Positions 24,127 to 35,604 of a stretch of DNA of 64,000 bases are shown one piece after another (the first letter of the stretch is position 1; the number at the start of each line of letters is the position of its first letter). A program made the position numbers and the translations under genes. The notes beneath the pieces are model-generated. The model had not been told where the DNA came from. It was given only the letters and a program-made list of their open reading frames with translations, and searched no databases. The stretch comes from Moniliella sp. 'wahieum' (lineage: Eukaryota). The stretch is from contig RSEE01000010.1 in assembly GCA_003971905.1 (NCBI GenBank), positions 1-64,000 on the forward strand, in the 5' to 3' direction.

Positions 24127-25278
24127 ATGGGCTGCCTCCCCGTGCGTCCCTCGTCACTGCCTGCTGAGTTCGTCGCTGCCCCCGCTGACCCCCCCCCCCC
24201 CTCTCAGTCCTCACTCGATGTCCATGCAGCCGAGGCCCAAGCGCACAGCGATGCAAGAGATGCCCACCTCAGGCAACACTCCCCCGCCGAGCGCCCCGCC
24301 ATCAAGATCCTCTTGCTTGGCAGCGGCGACAGCGGCAAGTCCACCCTCGTCAGTCAGATCCGCCTCATCCATCGTGGGCCCTTTAGTCTGCACGAACGTC
24401 AGCTGTACAAAGAAGTCATCTTTTCGAACACTGTCCAGAGCATGGTGGCCATCGTGGATGCGATGCGGGCCCTCAACATCTCCCCTGCCACACCCCATGC
24501 CATCCGTGCTGCCGAATTCGTTTCCAGTATCAGCAAACGGATCGAGGCGCCTATTCTTCCGACCGGTATGGCGCAGGCCATCGCTGTCCTCTGGTCCGAC
24601 CCTGGGGTACAAGCCACCATTAGTCGCTCACGCGAGTTCCACCTAAGTGACTCGGCGCCGTATTACTTTGACGCTATTGGCCGCATCGGGGCAGAGGGAT
24701 ATATTCCGACGGACCAAGACGTGCTCCGCTCTCGTGTACAAACCACCGGGATCATGGAGGAGACGTTCAATCGACAATACCACGTACCGCATTGTCGACG
24801 TGGGTGGACAGCGATCCGAGCGGCGCAAGTGGATCCACTGCTTCGAAGCTGTCTCTGCCCTCTTCTTCCTTGCCGCCCTGTCGGAGTACGACCAAGCGCT
24901 GTACGAGGACGTCAAAGTGAACCGGATGCAAGAAGCCTTGACGCTCTTTGGGGCGATCTGCAACTCCCGCTGGCTGGAGCACTTCATCATCCTCTTCCTC
25001 AACAAACCGATCTGTTTCGGGCCAAGTTGCCCGTCGCACCCCCCAACGCTACTTTGACGACTATGTGCCGCTCCCAGTGTGGCGGTCTCGTCCGATGCCT
25101 CCTTCACTCATGCTTGCAACTTTTTCGCCACCAAATTCACCGCTCTGAATCGGTACGAAAACAGGACGATCCACACCTATTACACCTGCGCCACCGACAC
25201 CAACCAAATCACCCTGTGTTTCAATCGGTGCGAGATAGCATTACACGGGCCAGTTTGCAGCAAGTGGGTCTGCTTTGA
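24127..25278 (+). CDS. Heterotrimeric G-protein alpha subunit (frameshifted in assembly)
   Basis: N-terminal MGC; KILLLGSGDSGKST; DVLRSRVQTTGI; DVGGQRSERRKWIHCF; FLNK; TCATDT; C-terminal QVGLL*. Confidence 0.95.
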   Translation: MGCLPVRPSSLPAEFVAAPADPPPPSQSSLDVHAAEAQAHSDARDAHLRQHSPAERPAIKILLLGSGDSGKSTLVSQIRLIHRGPFSLHERQLYKEVIFSNTVQSMVAIVDAMRALNISPATPHAIRAAEFVSSISKRIEAPILPTGMAQAIAVLWSDPGVQATISRSREFHLSDSAPYYFDAIGRIGAEGYIPTDQDVLRSRVQTTGIMEETFNRQYHVPHCRRGWTAIRAAQVDPLLRSCLCPLLPCRPVGVRPSAVRGRQSEPDARSLDALWGDLQLPLAGALHHPLPQQTDLFRAKLPVAPPNATLTTMCRSQCGGLVRCLLHSCLQLFRHQIHRSESVRKQDDPHLLHLRHRHQPNHPVFQSVRDSITRASLQQVGLL

Positions 25279-26099
25279 CATGCGTTCCCTCTTCATTCCC
25301 GTTCTGCTGCATCTGCCTCCCTGCACTTACCTTCGATGACAAGCTTCTTTCACCGCATCGCTCTCTCTCGCCTCGCCTTCAACGCTCCGCCACCTCCATC
25401 CTGCGGGCCTCTCTTCCTTTTGTGTACGAAGAGAGGGCCTGTCTAATACCCAACAGCCCCAACCATCTCCTTATCATCTCTCTCATGACGTCGTCGCCTT
25501 GTCAACCGTCGCGTTTTAGTATCATATCGTTCACCAAAAGTTGTCTCCATCTCGATTGGCGAGAGAGGATCGACGCTCACCGGCTCTCCAGGCATATCAT
25601 ATCCCTCGCATGGCACTGGTACGCATTTGTATGTTTCCCCCTAGTGCATTGAGGACTGAGTCGTAAGACTCGTCAAGGACTCTGTGGTCGTCCGGGCTTC
25701 ATGTGCTGAAGAACCTCGTGAACTGTACGAGACATCTATAATTGAAGAGAATAGCCGTGTATGGTAGTGTGTTGCGAGTGGAGCCAATGCATATAACCAT
25801 AGGCTGCATTGGCACGGAACGATATCAGCATGGTAAGATGGATCTCAGGAGGAGGACATGGAGGGCTATACTGATAAGGAATGATTGATGGAATGGGAAA
25901 GAGGCCATGCATATGCATCCATATGTGTCAGAGATAAGGGGCTATGCGAGCATGATATCACGCACGGCATAAGTGGAATTGGAAGAAGAATAGTCCAAGA
26001 CTTCGAGACAGGGTCTAGAACAGATCTCAGGTTTGACCACATTCATCCCACCCCTGGTGACTGCGTGACCGTGTTTGAGCTTGATCGGAGGATGCAGAG

Positions 26100-29080
26100 C
26101 ATGAGTAGAATGCACAAAGAGGCGCTAGGAAGAGGGACTCGCCTGTACAGGAACAACAAAATGCCGCGGGCATTGACCACATGAAAGAAAAAAAGTCCAT
26201 GATGTCAAAGACGAGAGTAACAGCGTGATGATTGCGTCGTGGGGGATGTTAACGCGATGACAAAGGCCTACGGAGAGAAGAAGATAGAGGGAGGAGGTGA
26301 TGGATCTATTCCAAAAGAGGAGCCCGTTAGGGGCAGAACATAGGGGAGAGTCGGATAGAACAGCGCGATGCGTGATGCGTGATCAGCTGCATGCATGATG
26401 ACGCTGACAGGGGAGAATGTGAGGGGCCTGTGCTGCAACCAGGAGAGGTGTGGGTGTCTAGTCGAGTTCAAAGAGGTTGGGAACGAGGTTCCGGATAACA
26501 GCTCGAACTTCATCAGATAAAATCTCCCTTTCTTGTTGAGATGTTGACGCTTGATATGCCGCCGGAGTTCATACTTGTGGTAAAACTTGCAAGCACAGTA
26601 TGAAACTGGGCACACCTGGCTACGAGAACGTCTTGGTCCGTGGACATCACGGATATGAGCATTTCTGTTGGATGCCCGCGTAAATGTCTGCGGACACTTA
26701 GTGCATGTGACGCGACCGCCGTGAGACTTCTTGGATTGAGACCGTTTCGGTTTCTTGCGGCCAGGCTTCTTTGTCGCCCCCGGGCCGGAGGGACTCGTGT
26801 CGATACCCGGTGATGACGGTTGAGTGAGGCCAAGGTCACCTTCTGATGTGGCAGATGTCGTAGTAGAGTCGTACCCAACGGTTTCAGCCAAACTATAGGA
26901 AGGGTCATGGCCATGCGGCCAAGAGGGCAGAAGCGGAGCTGGTGCCACTAGATCTCCATGTGCGGCATGTCCTGATCTAATGTCACCTTTAGGTTCAGCC
27001 TCTTCGGGATGGTGCTCGATCCCAGTGGGGGCAATGTTGCCTTGCAAACTGGTGTCGACGTTCAGACAGCCAATGAGCAATCCAATACCGACGGCGGGGA
27101 GGGTGGCACCTCAGGGGTAGCGGCATTGTGACTTGCGATCTACTCAAGGTCCGGCCATCCCAAAAAGGAAAATTTGAATATGCTTTGCTCTCCCAGAGGG
27201 TTCTGGGTGCTCTGCAAAGATGGGTTGAACGATTGAACCATCAAATTGCTAGTGGAAGCGTCACTTGGAGGCAACAGCGGTTGGGCCGAGATTGTAGCAC
27301 TGAACGGAACCGTTTCGGCAGCCATCTGGTTCAGAGGCGGTAACGTTCGATCGGTTGAATCATCATGAGACCCGAAGTGATGTCAACGTCAGCGTAGGTT
27401 CCGGGGATGTTGCTAATAGTAGTAGCGGCCATGGTTCCGATGGAGGAGGTTGCGTTGAAGTCGAATGGCCTCTCATTTGGTGGTGGGGGAGAATGGGTTA
27501 ATTATATATGGCGTTGCGGTCGGAGGTAGGTGTTTTGAAGTGTCTACTATAGATTGACATGTGACACGAGGGTATAACAATAATGAAGAGGCAGCGCTGT
27601 ACGAAAAGATAGAATCTATGCACCATGATGCGCTGCCAATGCTATCCAGCTTTCCCCTAATGTCAGGCACAATGTGTGGCGCTACGGTTTGACGCCTCAC
27701 GAGGAACAGTAGAGAGCAAAGCATCTTGTAAAGATCATCGATCACACTCCTGTCCGATGCCAAGCCCTCTTCTTCCGTGGGAAGAGGGGTGACCGTCGAA
27801 TAAGGGCAGGAGAGAGAAATAATTTGAAATGTTCTCCCCCCCGCGGATTTAATGGCCATCTCATCGCCCTCTCAACACGCCCCTTATTCGAAACATCTCC
27901 CCTTCTTCTCTACGCATCGCACACTTGACACTAAGTGCGGCTCCCAAATATAGGCTGTTTTTCACTGCCTAGATCTACACAACCTACTATGATGCACATG
28001 TGACATGCACGTCATTGCCGTCTTCAAACCTTCTTGAACGCTCGTCTTGCTTTCCACTATAGTTTCACTAGTGTTGGTGTACGATGCATGATGCTTGATG
28101 GGGACAGTACGCCAAACTCCGGATCTGTCTATCAACACAGACTGTAGTAGTTTTGACTTTGTCGTATACTACAACTGTTGGGACACGTTTCAGAGGGCGC
28201 GTTTTGCCTTTTCCGATAGTGTCACACGGCCTTCCTCTTTTTGATGAGTGTGGTATTGTGCCTCAGCGCCCTCTGTTCGGTTACCATATAGATGCTTGCC
28301 TTCATCCAGTCAGCGGCGCGACTTTGTTGTTAGAGCACTGTATTCAGCCTCTCTCTCAGTCCTCTCTTCGGTATTGCGCACATGGCCTTCTCATTCAGGT
28401 CGACTGCGCGAAAATGACGTCTGTGGCTTGCCAATAAGGTATGCATCTTAAGCGTGAGTCCTCTTTTCCGGGCGTCCACGACTCAGTAGTGATTTTTTTC
28501 TGTCACCTACTAAGCAATACGTTCTAACCCCGCATTCACACTATTAAACTCTCTGTAATTGGTACATCGCCCATACTTGTAATTGGTATACATCGCTCAT
28601 ACTCGTGTCTCTTCTGTCTGTCGCATGTATTACGCGCTTTTCTGCCATAGCGGCAACCCCTTTCTCTCTCTTTGTCCTTCAACCGGAGAAAGGGAACGTC
28701 GTCGCTCCCCCTATAGACCCCCCCCCCCTTAATTTGTGCTCTATTTTCTTCCAACCTGAATGTATAGGATGTATAGGGAAAAAAGAGAGGAGATGGTGAT
28801 GACCCGTAATAGGTTTTACTATATTCCTATTCCCTTTCGGTACCGTCCGAATCAGAGGACACGTTGTGGGTACAAAGTCGGTAGACCCTCCGCGGCTAAT
28901 GCATTCATGCAGTTGTGTGTCGGCCAGCAATCGTTCATCATTCTGGCCCGTCGGCTGCGATCAGGTTGAGCAGGCCATGCGGATATAAACAGTTAGTACT
29001 TCTGTCCCATTTCACTATACTACACTAATCACTGCGGTATAACCATATGCAACGCACCTGTCGACCACCACTCGCCTACT
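26100..29080. repeat. Segmental duplication copy A (paired with ~30190-33100)
   Basis: Shared blocks: TGTGTGGCGCTAC...GAGCAAAGCATCTTGTAAA (27674/31598), CTTCATCCAGTCAGC (28300/32294), GGAACGTCGTCGCTC (~28692/32670), GGCTAATG.ATTCATG (28893/32871). Ends approximate. Confidence 0.8.
26458..27432 (-). CDS. Two-finger C2H2 zinc-finger protein, paralog A
   Basis: CTKCPQTFTRASNRNAHIRDVH and CPVSYCACKFYHKYELRRHIKRQH; after a frameshift, EREILSDEVRAVIRNLVPNLFELD*. TATA-like element at ~27502-27508. Start uncertain. Confidence 0.75.
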
Positions 29081-30299
29081 GAAACAAACACAGCTTTTTC
29101 ATCTTCCGCCAAGCGGGCGCGCTCTCCGCAGAGGCCGGTTACTTTCTGTCACGGGCAGGCTCCGCCAGGGGGCGAGCCCCTGTACGGGTACAATCCCTTA
29201 GAGGTCCAAACTGCCCACTCACCGCATGTTGTATGGTCGTGGTGCTTAGGCTTGTTGGTCAATCCGACGAGGGAATCCAAGTGGGCTATATCGACAAGGA
29301 TATGAGGCCTATCATGTTGGGGCGATGCCTCAATCACGCCATCCTCTACGTGATAGGCATCACTACTCTTACCCGCCCGGACGCTCCCTCAGCTCCGCGG
29401 TACCCTCAGCTATATAAGGCCTTTCCCTTCTCATAGCCTCATGTACCTCTCCTCAGAACCACATCCTCCATTCCACTCTTCCTTCAGCATCTCATCTGCG
29501 CATAGCACGGAGACGCGGCGGATTATGAGGCGAAGCTGCGTCGGTACTGGCCGGGGCATTAGTAACGTGTTGGAGACGGTGGAAGAAGCAGAGGGGGACA
29601 AAAACATTCCCAGCCTTGGACCGTTGAAGCGGGGCCCGAATTTGGAGCTGGGACTGATGGTAATAGGAATGAAAGCTCTGCAGAGTTGAGTTTTCGGACA
29701 CTGCGCGGCTGGTAATGTGGAGCTGAGATGGGGGCAACAAAGATGAGGAGGAGTTGCCTGTACCACACATACGGATTGACAAAGGTGAAGACGCCACAAT
29801 AATAGATTGGCGAAGATAAGAGGAGCGCGGCCCACTTTGGAGAAGTTGCACGCTGTTAGCGTCGGTTGGCGTACCGAAATGGCATTCATGGGGACAAGAT
29901 ACAGGCATATTACTGCCCAGGCAGCAGAGTTTTCGGAAGAAGACACAATTGGTCTCGCATTCAACTTGCGCAAGTGCATCATCAAAAGTGATTAGTGCCA
30001 TATTCCTCCGACGAGGTCCTGGGTACTTATATTGCGTGGGCGGAGAGGGGGATTCTGAAATGCCTTTTGATGCCATCATCTTTCAGGGAGGCCTCGTATT
30101 GGGACGGTACTATACTCACGGACCATCGGCTCCTTACCATGTGCTAATTTGCGCGCATGAGCATGTGCAAGTGCGGTGCAGTGTTCTCGCTTGAGCACAT
30201 GATGAGACTTGCACACCGCACTACCCAGTCCAAGTTTTTGGTAAATTGCATGAGACGGTTCGGGAACCCATTCTCTTGCTCATGTACTCCATTCCCGAC

Positions 30300-30960
30300 A
30301 TCCACATCCACAAAAAGCCTGGTGTGGAGGAGAGAACGAGACAGGGAGGGCGTGGGAGGAAGGCGAGATGTGTTTACTGGCTACCGATTGATAGAAACTG
30401 GAGCATTCAGAAGATGATTGCGAGAATGAAGGTGGATCATGCGTTGCGGGACGCGTGCACCAGACACGATAGAATCGCAGCGTCTTTTTGAACCCCCGTG
30501 TCAAGGATCTGCTCCGACAGTTGGACCAAGGGGAATGCGACAAGATCACGACATGTCCACCACGTGAGCACCCCAAATGCAACAGAACGGTATCTGCATG
30601 CAGACATCCAGTGCATGCGGCTCGCCGGCTGGTGCCATTGAACATCCATGTGTGCGGCATGGCTTGATCCAAGGGCAACATTGTATTATTCCTCCTCTTT
30701 TCCCGCGAAATCGCGGTACCAATGGGAGCAACGTTGCCTTGCAACGCGACATTGACATTCAATGGGGGACAGAGTTGCACAGGGGGTGCTGCATTGCCCT
30801 TGCGACCCCACCATGGCTCTGTTGTCGATGAAGTGACCCATTGGGTTCGCTTGGCTCTTCCGCGGGCTCCCGCTAGAGCTGGTGTTGTCGACGTTTTGGC
30901 GAAGCTACCGCTGTAGGGTAACCTCTTCGGTAAGGGATGGATCCATCTTGGTGGTCATCA
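30300..30960 (-). pseudogene. Degenerate paralog B of the C2H2 gene, lacking the fingers
   Basis: LNVNVALQGNVAPIG matches LNVDTSLQGNIAPTG of paralog A; no CxxC...HxxxH remains. Confidence 0.6.
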
Positions 30961-31178
30961 GGTTCGGAAGCGTGTTGATGTCAATGACACTGCAGGTACC
31001 ATAGGCGATGCTTTTTAGTGTACTGTAGATGCAGTCCCGGTTGTGGTGCGATGGAGGAGGTTTTACCTTGAAGCGGAGTGACTGGAGTGACATCCCAACC
31101 CGTTTCAGGGGAGAAAGGGCCACTTTTTATTAAAAGGCGCTGGCCGCTGCAGAGGTGGATGGGTATGTTGAGTTGGGT

Positions 31179-31290
31179 GGCTCGTGCTTTGGCCAATGTC
31201 CCTTCAGTTCCTCCTCAGGCCTAGGAGTTCCGCTGTTTTCCCTCTCCTGTTTTCCCCCTGTCCCGCAGCTTAGCCCCTGAGCGCGACTCG
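31179..31290. repeat. Direct repeat of 35179-35283 (offset 4000 bp)
   Basis: GGCTCG.GCTTTGGCCAATGT..CCTTCAGTTCCTCCTCAGGCCT.GGAGTTCCG is present in both copies. Confidence 0.85.
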
Positions 31291-33504
31291 CTGCTGGATG
31301 TTCCTCTCTGCAGGCATTGCTGGTTGCCACATCACTAACCACACCAGTGCGATTGCATCACCCTCGAGGACCATCAGGACTCCAGTAGGTCTCATCAGGC
31401 TCAGGCCTCAGGGCAAATATGATGACTATATGAGTAGCGTGGGAGTGTTCTCCTACACAATTATAGTGAGGCCGTAATGAGGCTGCCCTGAGGAGGCAGA
31501 GTGATACAAAGCAACTAGATGCATCACCATGTATCAGGCATCATGCATCATGTGCTCTACCAATGCCTTCCGCCCTCCCCCCCTATAGCATCTTGCGTGT
31601 GTGGCGCTACAGTTGACACGTAATAGGAAGAGTAGAGCAAAGCATCTTGTAAAAATCAAGCTCCTCTGTCAACATACGTTGTCAACAGAAGTGAAGCTAT
31701 ATAGTGAAGCCCTCTTGATCCGTGGCTGATGTGACCAAATATGGGCAACGGAGATATACCGTGTTATCATCCCCAGTAGGCATTATTAAGGCTCTTCATC
31801 TCATCGCCCTCTCAATATCTCTACTCGTGAAACATGCCCCGCTTTTATCGATCATCTCTATTAAACACTGTATATATACAGTACAGTGCGGCTCCGAACG
31901 GCGTGGTTTGTCTCCGCCGAAGTATATACACACCTGATATATGTTCGACACATTTGCGCTATGCTGCATGAGCGTGACGCCCCCATGCCGTCCTGGATTA
32001 TCGATTACCCTTTCAACGACTTCTTGAACACGCGTTTCCGTCCCATTCTCTTTGTGGTCGTTCTCAGTTCTTACTCTAAAATTTGTGTACAATACATGAT
32101 GCTCTTGAAGGCGACGGTGCGCCCCTCTCCGGTTCCGTCTAACCCAGACTTTTGGCGTTGTCGGACTATAGTTCTAACAAAAGGCAAATTTCAGTGCGTT
32201 GTGTTTTCCCATGTCACATGGTCCCCTTCCGACTATCGGAGGGTTAGCGCCCTCTCACAGCTCTGTTCTAGTAGTAGGAGTATAGGGGCTTGTCTTCATC
32301 CAGTCAGCAGCGCGACTTCGATAGAACGATATATCGAAACAAACCCATTTTTCAGTCCTCTCTCGGCGAGGAAGCCATCAAGTCGCGCCTACACGAAGAT
32401 GACGCACGTGGCAGCACTTCCACATAGCCTCTTGTAGTTGTAAGTCATCACACATTTTACCAGGGTCACTATCAGTATCACTGGTGAGTTGTCTATTTCA
32501 AACTACTCCCGCCACACCTCTCGCTCCATTGCCACGGTAGTACTAAACTCGGTGTGTGTGGTGTACATTGCCCACACTTGTGTCGCTGCCTGTGTCGCTG
32601 CTGCCTGTGTCACACGCCTTTCTGCCGTCGTGGCAATCTCTTTTCTCTTCAGGCTTCACTCTTCGGAATGGAACGTCGTCGCTCTCGCCATAATGCTCCC
32701 CCTTTCCCCTATTTTCGGAAAATATTTCCGAAATATAGGGGGGAAGAACGTGTGACCATGTGACCGGTGATGATCCCCGTGGGGTGTGGGTTATTAGTAT
32801 GCCTACCGACTAGCGACTCCTTTCGGTGTCGACGCCAGTGAGATCGGAGAAAAGTGGTTACAGGGCCTCCGGCTAATGTATTCATGATTCATGCAACCAA
32901 GTATGTCCGCTAGCAATCATTCTGAGGGGGCTGAGATCAAGCTCAGAGATTGTCATGCATCATGCATCATGTGATGGCATGCGTGTTGTGAACGTTAAAC
33001 GCGCCAAGACACAGTTACAGTACTAGTACTCTCTCCCACATATACGCTAACATCATGGAGTAGTATAGCGACCCTTTCGTCGTCCACTACTCTTCCCTAA
33101 CATATATGGCAGTCGTGCCTCATTTTATCTTACAACAAATCTTCTCCCCTTTCCCACCCTCCTCCCTCCCACCACCTTTTATATCTTGAATCGTCCTCTT
33201 TTATACTCGCTTTTTGGACGGCATGTTGGGCTTGGTTCCAACGACAACCTGATTGTCAACCCTCCTGTGGTGAGTGCTATTTCTGAAGGTAATGGGAGCA
33301 AGGCACCTCAGGCACCAGGGCCTGACGGTATCGATCGGGGGATCGAGCATGACCACACCACACTGGCATGGGACGTTCGACAATCGTTATTCACACCTCA
33401 CCAACCGTGTCTGCGAGATCTCCTGGAACGCCTTGCGTCAAAGAGTTTCTACTAACACCACTCACACCATTTCACAGTATTCATCAGGATCCGAGTCATT
33501 GCCG

Positions 33505-34940
33505 ATGGACTGTTTCTGCGGCATCCAACAGTCCATGGTGCAGGATGCTGCAGGAGTTGGCAGCTACAACAACGAGATTGTCCCATCCGACATCAAGGCT
33601 AGCCCGATAAAACAGACGTCCAAAGCGGGTACATCCAACTTCGGAGAGCCTAAGGAGTGGTTGCCATTGGCCCACACAGCTCAAGAGAACATCACAAAAT
33701 CTTGGGCACGCATTGCAACATGGATATGGCAGGGATGGATTGCCAGACGTCAAAGATAACATTGGTAATAACTGTGAGGCAACGGCCAAACTTCAAAACT
33801 ATTGTTTGTCAACAGCAGTCCCCCTGCCATCATGATGCCAGTCTCCCTTGGCCGTGGAAGAATACACCAAGTTTCCGCGATACACTACCAGTTGATTCTG
33901 GCGGTCGATTTGAAAGCTCCAAATCCGGGCCAGGTCATCACTGGTCCACACCATGAACCGCTGGTCCACGAGATCAAGGCACTCAACGTCAACGATATTA
34001 ATTCCGAAAACGACCCAATTGGCACCACTCGGGGACACAGACGAAGCAGTGACCAACAAACTGATCTCAGAGCTGAACTGGGATACGTTTGCCGCGTGTA
34101 CAAACGCAATTGAATCTCCCCCTCCTATGCAACTCCCAAATTTTTGGCACTCGCTGGATGGAACTGTGTGCAGGAAGGACCACACGGATGCCATGCGAGG
34201 GTTACAAAAGGAGAAGGGAGTATCGATCCCCAATCCATTGACGGTCGCACTCCACCATGGGCTAAATCAGTGCCCGCCACATCCGCCATCGATAACGACG
34301 ACAGGAAAACCGACGGGATGTGGGCCCAATATCGGACGACGCCCAACACGAGCGGTTTCCAATCCAACTTGTCACCCTTTTGGTCTATCGAGGGAGGAGA
34401 AACTAACGCTGGCCCTGGAGACGTGCCAAGTCACATGGGCCATGGATACATGGGACCGTGGAGTTTAGGACTACCACCACGCCACCTGATGATTTTTCCG
34501 TTGACCAGTGGTTGGAGTCGATCAACTGCAACGACAAGGTGTCTACCGCATCGGGGTCTGACAATACATCCTCCGAACCTTCGATGGACAGCAGTAACAA
34601 TGCAGGCGCCTGTCGCGCCCGGGGTGGGCGGACAATATGACTGGGCACCGCAAAGGAAAGAGTCGGTCCAACAATTCGTATCTCGGCGGCCGTGTCCTAT
34701 GCGACACCTGTCACAAAACGTTTTCTCGTGTATCCCCGAAACGCACATAGCAAAAGCCACTGGACACATCGACCTCGTCCGCACACATGCCCCCTCTCTC
34801 GGTGTGGGGCTGGGTTTACCACAATAAATCTCCAACGACACGTGACCTCACGCCACGTCAAAGGCGAACGAGAGACGCTACAAGACGAGGAACGGGCGCT
34901 CATCCATCAACGGTTCCCCAAGCTTGTCCCCTCCCAATAA
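33505..34940 (+). CDS. Two-finger C2H2 zinc-finger protein, paralog C (frameshifted, start uncertain)
   Basis: CDTCHKTFSRVS/RNAHSKSH and CPLSRCGAGF..NLQRHVTSRH; tail ERETLQDEERALI is homologous to paralog A. Confidence 0.65.
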
Positions 34941-35178
34941 AGTACGCACGAAAGATGGAGCAGGCGCATTCTCGTGTGACTGGTATCTGATTCGCTTCTG
35001 GTTCTACAGTAAGTGTCTCTCAGCCTCAAATCCCTGATACTTGATTCATATCGTACATCCTTTCGCCAGAGAGAGAGGAAAAACGCCTCGTCTTGTGTCT
35101 GCGACAGGCAGGTAGTTATATAGCGTCCCACTATCGAGAGAAGGCCACATTTATCTCCCTCTTGTTGAGCCATCGGGC

Positions 35179-35283
35179 GGCTCGCGCTTTGGCCAATGTA
35201 CTACCTTCAGTTCCTCCTCAGGCCTGGGAGTTCCGTTCTCTCTTGTTTTTCCCTGTTCCAGCTTGGCCCCTGGTGGCGACTCG
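35179..35283. repeat. Direct repeat of 31179-31290
   Basis: See the partner copy. Confidence 0.85.
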
Positions 35284-35604
35284 ACGTTGAACGTCACTCG
35301 CTCGTCATTTGGTCAGTGTCACAGATCCACTCTGCTAGTGACATTGACAGAGTGAAGCTAGCCACTTGAAGCTTGGACTAGTCAGTCACTGCTCGCTCGC
35401 TGAGTTGGGCACCGCCAGAGCCGTGACCATTCCGCCTGCATTCAGAAAACGATCCTCATTCCGCTGCACGCTATCGGTGCAAAGGGATTTTTTGGGACGC
35501 AGCAGTGGGATACAATGAGTTGGTCTGCTTGCCTGCCTAGCTCGGTGGCCGCTCTGCCTCCTGCAAGCGCCACGGCGAGTACCACACTCACCACATCCAC
35601 GTCC

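Larger units (their letters stand above)
30190..33100. repeat. Segmental duplication copy B
   Basis: Collinear with copy A at a ~3.7-4.05 kb offset. Confidence 0.8.

Noticed and set aside
17437..25278. Homeobox plus G-alpha as a mating-type locus
   Set aside because: The homeodomain is a C-terminal TALE (PYP, WFINARRR) of Cup9/Tos8 type. I saw no divergent HD1/HD2 pair, pheromone or receptor gene.
29410..30100. Gene downstream of TATATAA at ~29412
   Set aside because: Only short overlapping ORFs with no recognisable motif, so I cannot support a gene.
35475..35500. Sm-site-like GATTTTTTGG suggesting an snRNA
   Set aside because: No recognisable snRNA sequence or structure around it.
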